DNA of 64,000 nucleotides from Methanothrix sp. (GTDB lineage: Archaea > Halobacteriota > Methanosarcinia > Methanotrichales > Methanotrichaceae): contig JAXGJB010000003.1 in assembly GCA_040770465.1 (NCBI GenBank), forward strand, positions 50,421 to 114,420. Reading direction: 5' to 3'. A program made the translations under genes and the position numbers. Below the pieces are notes generated by a model. It worked only from the letters and a program-made list of their open reading frames with translations. It was not told the origin of the DNA and did no database searches. Below, piece after piece: positions 1 to 9,815 of this stretch. Position 1 is the stretch's first letter. The number at the start of each line of letters is the position of its first letter.

Positions 1-1026
1 AGCGCAAAAAAGCTAATCGAACTGCGGAGGGGCGAATTCATTCTCATTCAAAACGCGGATGCATTTTTTGATGGATTAGCCGAGAAAATCTTCGTATTGG
101 AGGAATACAACGAGCCACATCCACTTTCTGTAAAAGCATTAGTAGCCCAAGTTAAAAAATATATTGTCGATGAGCGTTACGAAATTCGTCTTCACGATCT
201 TGTGAATCAAGAAGTGGAGAGGCTTTACAAAGAACTGTTTGATAAAGAAAAATTCCCATTTGATGGTATATCTAATGATAAGTTCGGTGATGAGTTCAGA
301 AGACAAGTCAAGCTATACGAATCACTCACAAAGCCCGTACTGGCTATGATGATCACAAGATGTCGCTGGGGTAAAGAATCTCATGAGCATCTTTGGGTAA
401 ATTGCCTTGAAAGAATTGCGAATCCTCCTGAGGAAAGAGTAAGAAATCAGTTGTATAACCTGAAACAGCACATGGCCCTTCTTCTACTCTATAGCAGTGG
501 GATTATTTCCGTTGCTACGGAAAACTATGAGCTATTTTATTCACTTCTGACTAAACCTAAAGTTAGATCCAGGTATGAGGATTGGGCGCCCCTTGTCAAA
601 TATCTTAGTACATGGTCAGTTGTTGAAATAAACGATCAAAAATCATTACCCGGTATGGAGGGAATAGGTACACCAACGCCTTATAGTGATTATTTATATA
701 GAAGTCTTCAAGAGCCTCTTAAAGAGTTCCTTCCTCAAGAAACCAGATATCAAAAATGTTTTGATAGGTTTGAATATTTGTATGGCTTAGTTCAAAGCGA
801 CTTTGAGATGGAGGATGGCTTTAGTGCTTCTGGGCATATCGGCAGTTTTGGCTGGAGATATGTTAGCATTATGGAGGAAATAGAGGCCGAAGCATCAGGG
901 GCAGGCGTTGATTGGCCACTTCTGAAAGCGGGATTTTTTGGCAGTGATATTGAACGATTCAGACGTGTTAAAAAAGGATTTGACGATTATGTTAAAGAAA
1001 TTATAAGGGGGCGGGGATGGAGGTAA
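1..1026 (+). CDS. 5'-truncated probable SIR2-like (SIR2_2) family protein, C-terminal part; possible defence gene
   Basis: Frame is open from base 1 (SAKKLIELRRGEFILIQNADAFFDGLAEKIF...PHPLSVKALVAQVKKY). The ADxFF...HPLS segment resembles the region after the SIR2 domain. AT-rich compared with flanking genes. Confidence 0.55.
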   Translation, partial: SAKKLIELRRGEFILIQNADAFFDGLAEKIFVLEEYNEPHPLSVKALVAQVKKYIVDERYEIRLHDLVNQEVERLYKELFDKEKFPFDGISNDKFGDEFRRQVKLYESLTKPVLAMMITRCRWGKESHEHLWVNCLERIANPPEERVRNQLYNLKQHMALLLLYSSGIISVATENYELFYSLLTKPKVRSRYEDWAPLVKYLSTWSVVEINDQKSLPGMEGIGTPTPYSDYLYRSLQEPLKEFLPQETRYQKCFDRFEYLYGLVQSDFEMEDGFSASGHIGSFGWRYVSIMEEIEAEASGAGVDWPLLKAGFFGSDIERFRRVKKGFDDYVKEIIRGRGWR

Positions 1027-1133
1027 AGCGCCATAGTTATACCCGTCAACACCTTCACCACACCTCTTGATGAAATTCTCCCGTAACTTATTTGTCCCAA
1101 TATCCCACTAAATCATCCCTCGGAGTCCCTCCC

Positions 1134-1442
1134 ATGACCGACCAGAAAAGCCCCAAGCATTCCGTCCCGCGGATCGAATCGATCAGAGTCAAGAACTACC
1201 GGGCGCTCTGCGACCTGGAGCTTAAACCCCTCTCGCCCCTCACCGCCCTCCTCGGCCCCAACGGCAGCGGCAAGTCCACGGTCTTCGACGTCTTCGCCTT
1301 CCTCTCCGAGTGCTTCTCGGTGGGATTGAGGCGGGCCTGGGACAAGCGGGGGCGGTTCAAGGAGCTTCACACCCGGGGGACCACCGGCCCCATCGAGATA
1401 GTTCTGGCTTTCGGGGCAAACCATCTCGAAAACAACTGCTGA
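1134..1442 (+). pseudogene. Truncated AAA/ABC-type ATPase (AAA_21-like), N-terminal fragment
   Basis: [12 protein letters not shown] and Walker [10 protein letters not shown] are present. It stops after about 100 aa with no signature or Walker B. Confidence 0.75.
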
Positions 1443-1456
1443 CCGTTTGAGTACTG

Positions 1457-1948
1457 CTATAAATACTCCGCCTGGATCGCCACGACCTCGGTGCTATCTT
1501 TAGCCGCAGCGTACTCCTCCAGCGGCTCGCGGTTCAGCTCCAAAAAGACGTGCCCCCAGGAGAACTTGGCCAGGATCTCCTCGGCCTGGGGCCGCTGGCC
1601 GAGGATCACCAGGGCCGCGGCGAAGGCCTCGACGGTGGATAGCTTGAAGGGCTTTCCGAAGTTGACGGGGTTTGCGGCGACGAGGAAGGGGAGCGCCCTC
1701 CCTTTGAAATGCATCTTGCCGAAGACCTCCTCGGCGTGGGCCCAGGAGCAGTCGAGGGCGGCGAGCCCCCGGCCCACCTCGGACCGGTCGGCGGGTGAGA
1801 GGGCCCGCTCGGAGAAGGGGCTCAATACCAGGTGGCCCCGGAGCTGGTTGTACCGTTTGGTGGTCCGAGCGAGACCGAACCTCTCCAGCTTTCTTCCGGT
1901 GCACCTCTTGGGATCGCACTGGTTTGCGGAATAGATGAGCAGCTCCAT
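1457..1948 (-). CDS. tsr3: 16S rRNA aminocarboxypropyltransferase Tsr3 (DUF367)
   Basis: [36 protein letters not shown] and LSTVEA motifs. Confidence 0.93.
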   Translation of the reverse strand: MELLIYSANQCDPKRCTGRKLERFGLARTTKRYNQLRGHLVLSPFSERALSPADRSEVGRGLAALDCSWAHAEEVFGKMHFKGRALPFLVAANPVNFGKPFKLSTVEAFAAALVILGQRPQAEEILAKFSWGHVFLELNREPLEEYAAAKDSTEVVAIQAEYL

Positions 1949-2022
1949 GGACCGTTCTTCTACCGATAATCCTATTAACGTTGTTTGCAACTCTGGCAGC
2001 ATCATTCCCTTTAGCGGAAAAA

Positions 2023-4632
2023 ATGAACTCAGAGGCCATCCCGATGAGCGAGATCTCCAAGGAGTACGATTTCAAACAGGTTGAAGAGAGGTGGGTGGAC
2101 AGCTGGGACGAGTCCATCTACTATTTCGACTGGAACTCCAGCGCGCCCCAGTACATAATCGATACGCCGCCGCCTTACCCCACCGGAAACTTCCACATAG
2201 GCAACGCCCTCAACTGGTGCTACATCGACTTCGTCGCCCGGTACAAGAGGATGAGGGGCTACAACGTAATGTTCCCTCAGGGCTGGGACTGCCACGGCCT
2301 TCCCACCGAGGTGAAGGTGGAGGAGATCCACAAGATCACCAAAAACGAGGTCCCGAGGGAGGAGTTTCGCCGCCTCTGCGAGGAGCTGACCGCCCAGAAC
2401 ATCGCGAAGATGAGGGTGACGATGCGAAGGCTCGGCTTCTCCAACGACTGGTCCAACGAGTACGTGACGATGCTCCCGGAGTACTACTCCAAGACCCAGA
2501 AGTCCTTCGTCCAGATGTTCAATAAGGGGATGATCTATCGGGAAGACCACCCCGTCAACTGGTGTCCCCGCTGCGGCACGGCCATCGCCTTCGCCGAGGT
2601 GGAGTACGACTCCCGGACGACGAGCCTCAGCTACCTCCGCTTCGGCTCGGAGCTGGGAGACCTGGAGATCGCCACCAGCCGTCCCGAGCTTCTGGCGGCC
2701 TGCGTCGCCGTCGCCGTCCACCCCGAGGACGAGAAGAACCGGAAGTACATCGGAACCGAGGTGCGGGTTCCCGTCTTCGACTATTCCGTTCCGGTGATCG
2801 CCGACGAGGTCGTAGACCCTGCCTTCGGGACCGGGGTCGTCATGATCTGCACCTTCGGCGACAAGCAGGACGTCCGATGGTGGGTCGAGCACGACCTCCC
2901 CCTCCGCCAGGCGATCGACCGGTCTGGTAGAATGACCGAGATCGCGGGCAAGTTCGCCGGCATGAAGATCTCTGAGTGCAAGGACGCCATCATCGAAGAG
3001 ATGAGGTCAAAGGGGACGATCTACAAAGAGGAGCCCCTCGACCAGAACGTCGGCCTCTGCTGGAGGTGCAAGACCGCCATCGAGATCCTATCCGAGAGGC
3101 AGTGGTTTGTCAAGATCGACCCCGACGAGATAATCAAGACGTCCGCCGAGATAAAGTGGGTTCCCGATCACATGGAGACGAGGCTTAAGAACTGGACCGG
3201 GACGATGGACTGGGACTGGTGCATATCGCGCCAGAGGATATTTGCGACGCCGATCCCCGTCTGGTACTGCAAATCTTGCGGCGAGCCTCTCGTCGCCAAA
3301 GAGGAGATGCTCCCCCTCGACCCGAACCGGGAGATGCCGCCGGTCTCGTGTCCAAAATGCGGCTCCGGCGAGTTCGAGCCCGAGACGGACGTCCTCGACA
3401 CCTGGATGGACAGCTCCATCTCGGTTCTGAACGTCACGGGCTGGCTGAGCGACCATCCGCCCCGCTACCCTGCCCAGCTCCGACCCCAGGGCCACGACAT
3501 AATCAGGACCTGGGCCTTCTACACCATCCTCAGGGCCAAAGCCCTGGTGGGGACGAGGCCATGGGATTCTATCCTCGTCAACGGGATGGTCCTCGGCGAG
3601 GACGGCCACAAAATGTCCAAGTCCCTGAACAACTTCATAGCTCCCGAAGAGGTGGTGGCGAAGTACGGAGCCGACGCCTTCCGGCAATGGGCCGCCGTCG
3701 GCGGAAGCCCCGGAAGCGACGTAATGTTCAGATGGAAGGACGTCATCAGCGGCGGCAGGTTCCTCCAGAAGCTCTGGAGCATGTACCGGTTTTCAGCCCC
3801 CCACGCCGTCAAGTCCGGCGACGCCACAAAAAACCAGGTCGACCGCTGGCTCCTCTTTGAGCTATCACGGATGATCGAGTCGGTCACCGACTCGATGGAG
3901 AGGTTCGCCTTCGACGAGGCCTTCCGGGCCATCAGGGGATTTGCCTGGGACGAGTTCGCCGACAACTACATCGAGCTTGTCAAGTCCCGGCTCTACGGCC
4001 CCGACGGCCCCGAGAAGAGGGCGGCCCAGTCGACGATCTACGCCGCCATCGAGGCCCTGACGAGCCTTCTTGCGCCTTTCACCCCCTTCATCGCCGAGGA
4101 GATCAGAATAAGCCTCTCCGGCGAGTCGGTCCACACCGCCCTCTGGCCGGAGCCCCTGGAGATCTCGCCCCAGCCCGAGGGAAGCCTGATCAAGGACGTT
4201 GCAGCGGCTGTGAGAAGGTACAAGTCGGACCGGGGGATGGCCCTCAACTCGCCCCTGGCCGAGATCGAGGTCTACTCGGACCTGGACCTGGAGACGACCG
4301 ACCTCTCCGGCTCCACCAGCTCGCCTGTTTCCGTCAGAGGCGGCAAACCTGAGATCGAGACGAGGGCCGTCGAGGTGAAGCCTCAGATGAAGGCGATAGG
4401 TCCCGTCTTCAAGGACAGGAGCGGGGAGATCATCCGAAAGCTCTCGTCCATGGACCCCGAAGCTGTGGCCGGGATGGCCGCGGCCGGAAAGATCGTTCTG
4501 GAGCTGGCCGACGGCGCGGTGGAGCTGGGACCCGAGGCAGTCGAGATCGCCACCGAGACCCTCTCGGCGGGGAGGGCCGTCGAGATGATCGTTCTCGCTG
4601 GCGCCACCGTCCTCATCAGGACAGGATCATGA
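2023..4632 (+). CDS. valS: Valine--tRNA ligase
   Basis: [21 protein letters not shown] and KMSKS motifs; start could also be 2044. Confidence 0.96.
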   Translation: MNSEAIPMSEISKEYDFKQVEERWVDSWDESIYYFDWNSSAPQYIIDTPPPYPTGNFHIGNALNWCYIDFVARYKRMRGYNVMFPQGWDCHGLPTEVKVEEIHKITKNEVPREEFRRLCEELTAQNIAKMRVTMRRLGFSNDWSNEYVTMLPEYYSKTQKSFVQMFNKGMIYREDHPVNWCPRCGTAIAFAEVEYDSRTTSLSYLRFGSELGDLEIATSRPELLAACVAVAVHPEDEKNRKYIGTEVRVPVFDYSVPVIADEVVDPAFGTGVVMICTFGDKQDVRWWVEHDLPLRQAIDRSGRMTEIAGKFAGMKISECKDAIIEEMRSKGTIYKEEPLDQNVGLCWRCKTAIEILSERQWFVKIDPDEIIKTSAEIKWVPDHMETRLKNWTGTMDWDWCISRQRIFATPIPVWYCKSCGEPLVAKEEMLPLDPNREMPPVSCPKCGSGEFEPETDVLDTWMDSSISVLNVTGWLSDHPPRYPAQLRPQGHDIIRTWAFYTILRAKALVGTRPWDSILVNGMVLGEDGHKMSKSLNNFIAPEEVVAKYGADAFRQWAAVGGSPGSDVMFRWKDVISGGRFLQKLWSMYRFSAPHAVKSGDATKNQVDRWLLFELSRMIESVTDSMERFAFDEAFRAIRGFAWDEFADNYIELVKSRLYGPDGPEKRAAQSTIYAAIEALTSLLAPFTPFIAEEIRISLSGESVHTALWPEPLEISPQPEGSLIKDVAAAVRRYKSDRGMALNSPLAEIEVYSDLDLETTDLSGSTSSPVSVRGGKPEIETRAVEVKPQMKAIGPVFKDRSGEIIRKLSSMDPEAVAGMAAAGKIVLELADGAVELGPEAVEIATETLSAGRAVEMIVLAGATVLIRTGS

Positions 4633-5159
4633 TCGAGGTCGAGGTCAAGGCCCGGGCTCCTCCGGGGATCGAGTCGAAGATCGCGGGCCTCGGCGGCAAG
4701 CTCGTCGGGGTCGAAGACCACCTCGACCTCTACTTCAACTCTCAGGCTCGCAACTTCAGAGTGACCGACGAGGCTCTCCGGATCAGGATCAAGGGGGCTG
4801 GAGCATACCTCACCTACAAGGGGCCGAAGCTCGACTCTGAGACGAAGTCCCGGCTGGAGCTGACCGTCCAGGTCGCCGACCCCGGAGCGATGGAGTCGAT
4901 CCTGGAGTCGATAGGCTTTTTCCGGGCCGCCGTCGTGAAGAAGAGGAGGACCAAGTACTCCCTGGCCGAGGCGATCGTCGCCGTCGACGAGGTGGAGGGG
5001 CTTGGAACCTTCATCGAGGTGGAGCTGGCCGGCGGTGAGGAGTGGGGGGCTCAGAAGAGGGCCGCCCTTGAGATTTTGGAGCGGCTCGGGATCAATGAGT
5101 CGATACGAAAGTCCTACCTAGAGCTTCTGGCCGAGGTGGAGAGACGAGATGCCCTCTGA
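4629..5159 (+). CDS. cyaB: Class IV adenylate cyclase / CYTH domain protein
   Basis: EVEVK N-terminus, [27 protein letters not shown]. Confidence 0.9.
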   Translation: MIEVEVKARAPPGIESKIAGLGGKLVGVEDHLDLYFNSQARNFRVTDEALRIRIKGAGAYLTYKGPKLDSETKSRLELTVQVADPGAMESILESIGFFRAAVVKKRRTKYSLAEAIVAVDEVEGLGTFIEVELAGGEEWGAQKRAALEILERLGINESIRKSYLELLAEVERRDAL

Positions 5160-6060
5160 AAAAACGCCATCTGAAAAAATGCCATCGGGATCGATCGTCG
5201 AGCGGGCCCTCCCCATGGCGGCGATGATGACTCTGGTGGTGGCGGTCCAGCTCTTCTCCCTCGCCCTGATGCCCCCCCTCTCCGAGACGGAGGTGAGGGT
5301 CTTCGAGAACCCCGAATCTGCCGCCAACCCCTTCAGCTACATCATCCTGGTCCTGGGGTTCACCCTCTTCATCCTGATGGCGATGAGGCTTAAGAAGGGC
5401 TGGATCGTGAGCGGCGTCGTCCTTCTGGCGATGGCGATGGGGGTCTACTACGTCATCTCAGCCTTCGTTTCGCCCCTTCCAGCGCTCATCATCTCCCTCG
5501 CGGTCCTGGCGATGCTGCACATATATCCTGAGTGGTACGTCATCGACCTTGTGGGCCTTCTCGTCTGCGCTGGGGTGGGAACCCTCTTCGGCCTCAGCAT
5601 GACCCCATTTCCGGCCCTCATCCTCCTTCTGGTCCTCGCGGTCTACGATGCCATATCCGTCTACAAGACCCGCCACATGGTGACCCTGGCCGAGGGGGTG
5701 ATGGAGATGAGAGCCCCCCTCCTCTTCGTCGTCCCCCGGAGGTGGAGCTACAGCTTCCGAAAAGAGGGCATGGGATCCGGGGAGGATCGGGGCGCTTACT
5801 TCCTCGGCCTCGGCGATGCCATAATCCCGACGGTTCTGGTGATCTCGGCCAACTGGTCGCTCTCCCTCCCCGAGTTTGAGATCTTCGGAATCGGGGCCAA
5901 CCTTCCGGCCCTGGGTGCGATCCTCGGCACCTGCCTCGGATTCGCCGCCCTTTCCGCCACCTCTCGGGATAAGCCCCAGGCGGGCCTCCCCTTCCTCAAC
6001 GGAGGCGCAATCCTCGGATTTCTCCTGGCCGCCATGGCATCTGGGGTCGCCGTCTTCTGA
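5149..6060 (+). CDS. Presenilin-family intramembrane aspartyl protease (PSH)
   Basis: Multi-TM protein; YD (VYDAISV), GLGD and PAL-like (QAGLPFL) motifs. Confidence 0.9.
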   Translation: MPSEKTPSEKMPSGSIVERALPMAAMMTLVVAVQLFSLALMPPLSETEVRVFENPESAANPFSYIILVLGFTLFILMAMRLKKGWIVSGVVLLAMAMGVYYVISAFVSPLPALIISLAVLAMLHIYPEWYVIDLVGLLVCAGVGTLFGLSMTPFPALILLLVLAVYDAISVYKTRHMVTLAEGVMEMRAPLLFVVPRRWSYSFRKEGMGSGEDRGAYFLGLGDAIIPTVLVISANWSLSLPEFEIFGIGANLPALGAILGTCLGFAALSATSRDKPQAGLPFLNGGAILGFLLAAMASGVAVF

Positions 6061-6120
6061 AGGTTCACCGACAACTTTTTTTTGACGGCACCGCATCTTT
6101 GTATCCAGGAGGTCTCTGAG

Positions 6121-6318
6121 GTGAACGATAACGACGTTGTTCTCGAGGCGCAGTTTGTGCCCTTCTGCCCGAAGTGCGGGACCGAGTGCGAGGCGAGGGA
6201 GCTGAGGCGGGCCCTCGACTCGAACAACTGGAAGAAGATCGTGATTGAGGCGATCTACTACTGCCCCAAGTGCGACAACTACTGGAGCGAGGGGCTTTTG
6301 GAGAAGGGGTACAAGTGA
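6121..6318 (+). CDS. Small CPxCG-type zinc-finger protein
   Basis: CPKCG and CPKCD motifs; GGAGGT RBS before the GTG. Confidence 0.7.
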   Translation: MNDNDVVLEAQFVPFCPKCGTECEARELRRALDSNNWKKIVIEAIYYCPKCDNYWSEGLLEKGYK

Positions 6319-6324
6319 CCTGAA

Positions 6325-7404
6325 ATGGTCCATATGGTGGAGGAGGGGTCGGTCACCCTCAACGTCGAAGGGGCGTTCTTCAACCCCCGGATGAAGCTGA
6401 ACCGGGACGTTGGTGTGGCGGTGACAAAGGCCCTCGGCATCTCCGATTATCTTGACGCCCTAGCCGCCAGCGGAGCCCGGGGCTTCCGGGTGGCGAAAGA
6501 GGCGGACGTACCTCACGTGACCTTGAATGACGTCAGCCCGAAGGCCGTCCTCCTCCTCAAAGAGAACGCAAAGAGGAACGGCCTTGGGGCTTGCGAGATA
6601 CTCTCCTCCAACGCCAACGTCCTCCTCCATCAGAGACGCTTTGAGGCCGTCGACCTCGACCCCTTTGGGTCCCCCTCCCCTTTCCTGGCGGCGGCGGCGC
6701 GATCGGCTCTCCGCTACCTCTTCATCACCGCTACGGATACCGCCCCCCTCTGCGGGGCCCACCTCAAAAGCGGAATAAGAAAGTACATGGCAGTCCCCGT
6801 CAAGGCCGAGCACCACCGGGAGATGGGGGCAAGGATTCTCCTGGGGGCGGTGGCAAGGGAGCTTGCAAGGGTCGACAAGGGGATGCGCCCGATCCTGACC
6901 CACGCCACCGACCATTACGTCCGGGTATACACCGGAATCGAGAAGGGGGCGAAGAACGCCGACAAGACCCTCGACGGCATGGGCTACATCGAGCAGTGTA
7001 AAAGCTGCGGGCGATGGCGAGCCGTCCCGGGCGTCGGCTGCCGGTCCTCGGGGAGGTGCTCCTTCTGCGGGGGGAGGGCCGATGCTGCAGGACCCCTATG
7101 GCTTGGGCCGATCCAGGATCGCGAACTGATAGGAAAGGCCCTGATGGTTCTGGAGGGCTCGGAGGCCCGGTCCGATCGCGGAGTCCGGCTTCTCCAGCTC
7201 TGCAAGGATGAGATAGACGAGCCGATGTACTACGATCAGCACAAACTTTGCAGAAAATTCAAGGCTACTCCAGGGACTGCCGAAGATCTCGTCGAGACGA
7301 TCCGCTCTCGCGGCTGGAAAGCCTCACGAACTCATTTCAGCGGAGTAGGGATCAAGACCGATGCGCCCTACGACGTATTGAGGGAGGTTTTGTGCGCCGT
7401 TTGA
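6325..7404 (+). CDS. trm1: tRNA (guanine-26-N2)-dimethyltransferase
   Basis: FFNPRMKLNRD, ASGARG, DLDPFGSP, TATDTA, Zn-finger, GPLWLG. Confidence 0.95.
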   Translation: MVHMVEEGSVTLNVEGAFFNPRMKLNRDVGVAVTKALGISDYLDALAASGARGFRVAKEADVPHVTLNDVSPKAVLLLKENAKRNGLGACEILSSNANVLLHQRRFEAVDLDPFGSPSPFLAAAARSALRYLFITATDTAPLCGAHLKSGIRKYMAVPVKAEHHREMGARILLGAVARELARVDKGMRPILTHATDHYVRVYTGIEKGAKNADKTLDGMGYIEQCKSCGRWRAVPGVGCRSSGRCSFCGGRADAAGPLWLGPIQDRELIGKALMVLEGSEARSDRGVRLLQLCKDEIDEPMYYDQHKLCRKFKATPGTAEDLVETIRSRGWKASRTHFSGVGIKTDAPYDVLREVLCAV

Positions 7405-7469
7405 TCAAGCCGGGCTCGGCTCCATCTCCTCTGGTGGGGAATACGGCGACCTCATCTTCGGCTTGACCC

Positions 7470-7482
7470 GAAAGTTAATAAG
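7470..7482 (+). promoter_or_regulatory. Putative BRE/TATA promoter (GAAAGTTAATAAG)
   Basis: Purine-rich BRE plus TTAATA about 25 nt upstream of a structured region. Confidence 0.45.
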
Positions 7483-7500
7483 GGATAAAGAACATATGCT

Positions 7501-7620
7501 GAGATGGCCACAGCGCCAAGATGCTCTGTGGATTAGTGGCACGAGATGATGAAATATTACCCCCTTCATTGCTACTCCCTTACGTCACCTCGTGCCAACC
7601 CTTCAATGAACCTGTTTTAG
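7501..7620 (+). ncRNA. Putative structured small RNA or 5' leader
   Basis: Stems CCACAG(7508-7513)/CTGTGG(7526-7531) and TGGCACGAG(7537-7545)/CTCGTGCCA(7589-7597), with a C/T-rich loop; the 3' boundary is uncertain. Confidence 0.45.
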
Positions 7621-7805
7621 AGCACCACATCTGCGAACTGTTGCAACTCTCTCTGCTTTTCTCTTGACCTGCCTATCTGACTCCCTCGTCCAGGTATCCC
7701 CTTTTATGATATCAGCTCTCGGTTCGGTCCTTCTGCAGCTCAGCTTTGCGACCAACCATCCATCAGGCAAATGATAAAATAAAATGGACAAAAGACCTGG
7801 TCGCC

Positions 7806-8468
7806 ATGAAGATCGCGGTGGTTGGAGGAACTGGCGATTGCGGCCAGGGATTTATAAAGCGCTGGGCAATAGAGCACGAGATCATCATAGGATCGAGGAG
7901 GGCTGAGAAGGCCGAGGCTGCAGCTGCAGAGCTAACCTCCTTTTTAAAGGAGAGGGGGATCAACGCCAGGATCGAGGGGATGGAGAACGGCCGCGCCATC
8001 GAGGCGAGCGAGATCGTCGTCCTCAGCGTACCTTACAAGTTCATCGAGTCGATGACCGTCGACCTGAAGAGAAGTTACACCGACCAGATCGTGATATCTC
8101 CCGTCGTCCCCATGGCCAGGGTGGATAAGCATTTCGAGTACACGCCGCCGGCCCAGGGAAGCGCCGCCCTCCTGGTCAAAGATCTCCTTCCCCCCTCAGT
8201 ACGATTGGTCGCCGGATTTCATACGATATCTTACGCCGCCTTTGGGGATCTGGACAAACGAGTTGAAGGCGACGTCCTGATCGCCGGCGACGACCCCAGA
8301 GCGAAAGAGGTTGTGGCAGACCTGGTCCGGATGGTAAAAGACCTCAGGCCCCTGGACGGCGGACCCCTGAAGGCCGCAGCCCAGATAGAGGGACTGACGC
8401 CTCTACTGCTGAACATAAGCAGGCTAAACAAGGTAAAGAACGCCGGCATATCCGTGATCGAGGGCTGA
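7806..8468 (+). CDS. npdG: NADPH-dependent F420 reductase (F420H2:NADP+ oxidoreductase)
   Basis: MKIAVVGGTG, IIIGSR, GSAA, IEGLTPLLLNI. Confidence 0.92.
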   Translation: MKIAVVGGTGDCGQGFIKRWAIEHEIIIGSRRAEKAEAAAAELTSFLKERGINARIEGMENGRAIEASEIVVLSVPYKFIESMTVDLKRSYTDQIVISPVVPMARVDKHFEYTPPAQGSAALLVKDLLPPSVRLVAGFHTISYAAFGDLDKRVEGDVLIAGDDPRAKEVVADLVRMVKDLRPLDGGPLKAAAQIEGLTPLLLNISRLNKVKNAGISVIEG

Positions 8469-8478
8469 GGCCGCCTCT

Positions 8479-9735
8479 TTAGAGGATTCCTCCTACGAGG
8501 TCTTCGGGGCTGAGACCAGACATCTTTAGGATCAGGTATGCCCCCAGGACCGTCCCCGCCACGCTCCCGATGTTGGCGAGGGCGGCGACCAGTATCACCC
8601 GGAAGAGGGGTATCGCCATCAGCTCCTTGAATGTCTCGGCATCGGCGAGCTTTTTGGTGTCGGCCATGGTGGGCTTTCTCTTCCAGGCCTCCACTATCCC
8701 CGCAAACCAGCCCGCAGCCATCAGGGGGTTCAAGCTCGTGAGCCAGGCGACCATGAAGGCGGTCAGAGCGGAGAGGGGGTGGCCCCGGGCCAGGACCACG
8801 CCTAGGGCGCTGAGGACGCCGTTCACGATAAACCAGATCTTGAGGGCTGAGATGATGGTCTGGCTATCGCTTCCGGCGATCAGGACGGCGGCGATGGTGA
8901 TCAGCACGAGGAGCATCAGAAGGGCTCCGAAGAGCTTGGGGGCCGAGAACCTCCTCTTGGGCGGCTGGGCCATGGCTTCCAAGGGGGGTATCTTTTCGGG
9001 GTGGTCCAGGTATTTTGTGATCCCTTCCCGGTGGCCGGCGCCAACCACCGCCAACACCCTTCCCGTCCGACCGAGCTGGATCAGGTTTCGGGCGATGTAG
9101 GCGTCTCTCTCGTCGATCAGGACCGAGGCGGCCCGGGGGGACACGCCCCGGAACTCCTCGATGATCGCGGAGACGACGTCCTCCTCGGTCACCTTGTCGA
9201 TGTCGATCTCTTCCCCCTTCCCGAAGGCGGCGGGGATCATGGAGACGACCAGCTTCGCCTTCTCCAAAAAGCTCATGGAAGACCAGAACCTCTGGATGGT
9301 GACGGCGATGTCTCTATCCACCAGGGCCACCCTGGCTCCGACGGCGTTGGCGGCCTCGATGGCGGCGATCATCTCAGACCCTGGCTTGACACCCAGCTCC
9401 GATCCGATCTTCTTCTGGACGTAGGCGAGGAACCACTGGACCAGGAGGAGGTAGAGCTTGCCGCCGCTGAGGATCTCCTTTATCTGGATCTCTCCCGTCT
9501 CCTCCTGCCCGGTGAGGGCCCGGTACCTCCCCTGACAGAGCTCCACGGCCACGACATCCGGACGGAGCTCCTCGATGGCCCGTCTCACCTCCTGGACGCT
9601 CTTTTCGGAGACGTGGGCAGTCCCCACGATCACGATCTCGCCTTTCGTCTCTTTCGGAGGGAGGGGCCCTTCTTCCCCCGGACTTGCGCCGCCTGATTTT
9701 ATCTCTTCCAATTCCATCCCCTCGGGATTGGCCAT
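8479..9735 (-). CDS. TraB/PrgY/GumN family protein with C-terminal TM region
   Basis: VGTAHVS, VAVEL, PGSEM, LIDERD, VVGAGH. Confidence 0.9.
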   Translation of the reverse strand: MANPEGMELEEIKSGGASPGEEGPLPPKETKGEIVIVGTAHVSEKSVQEVRRAIEELRPDVVAVELCQGRYRALTGQEETGEIQIKEILSGGKLYLLLVQWFLAYVQKKIGSELGVKPGSEMIAAIEAANAVGARVALVDRDIAVTIQRFWSSMSFLEKAKLVVSMIPAAFGKGEEIDIDKVTEEDVVSAIIEEFRGVSPRAASVLIDERDAYIARNLIQLGRTGRVLAVVGAGHREGITKYLDHPEKIPPLEAMAQPPKRRFSAPKLFGALLMLLVLITIAAVLIAGSDSQTIISALKIWFIVNGVLSALGVVLARGHPLSALTAFMVAWLTSLNPLMAAGWFAGIVEAWKRKPTMADTKKLADAETFKELMAIPLFRVILVAALANIGSVAGTVLGAYLILKMSGLSPEDLVGGIL

Positions 9736-9815
9736 CCCAGGGACGCTCACCTAAAAAACCCTTTGCGCGGCCGGAGGGAATAAAGTCGGGCGTACTCGCT
9801 CGTCGCCCGTCCGCG

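Noticed and set aside
1430-1456. Stop-codon readthrough (Sec/Pyl) extending the AAA ATPase
   Set aside because: ATPase similarity appears lost before the TGA and the sequence runs straight into convergent tsr3; truncation is the simpler explanation.
5149-5186. Short tandem duplications at gene starts (also 49700-49720 and 55925-55955)
   Set aside because: Two to three copies of 8-15 nt, consistent with ordinary slippage and with no evident function.
7546-7680. C/D-box sRNA (ATGATGA ... CTGA)
   Set aside because: The boxes are about 130 nt apart, too long for an archaeal C/D guide, and the C-like box lies within a stem.
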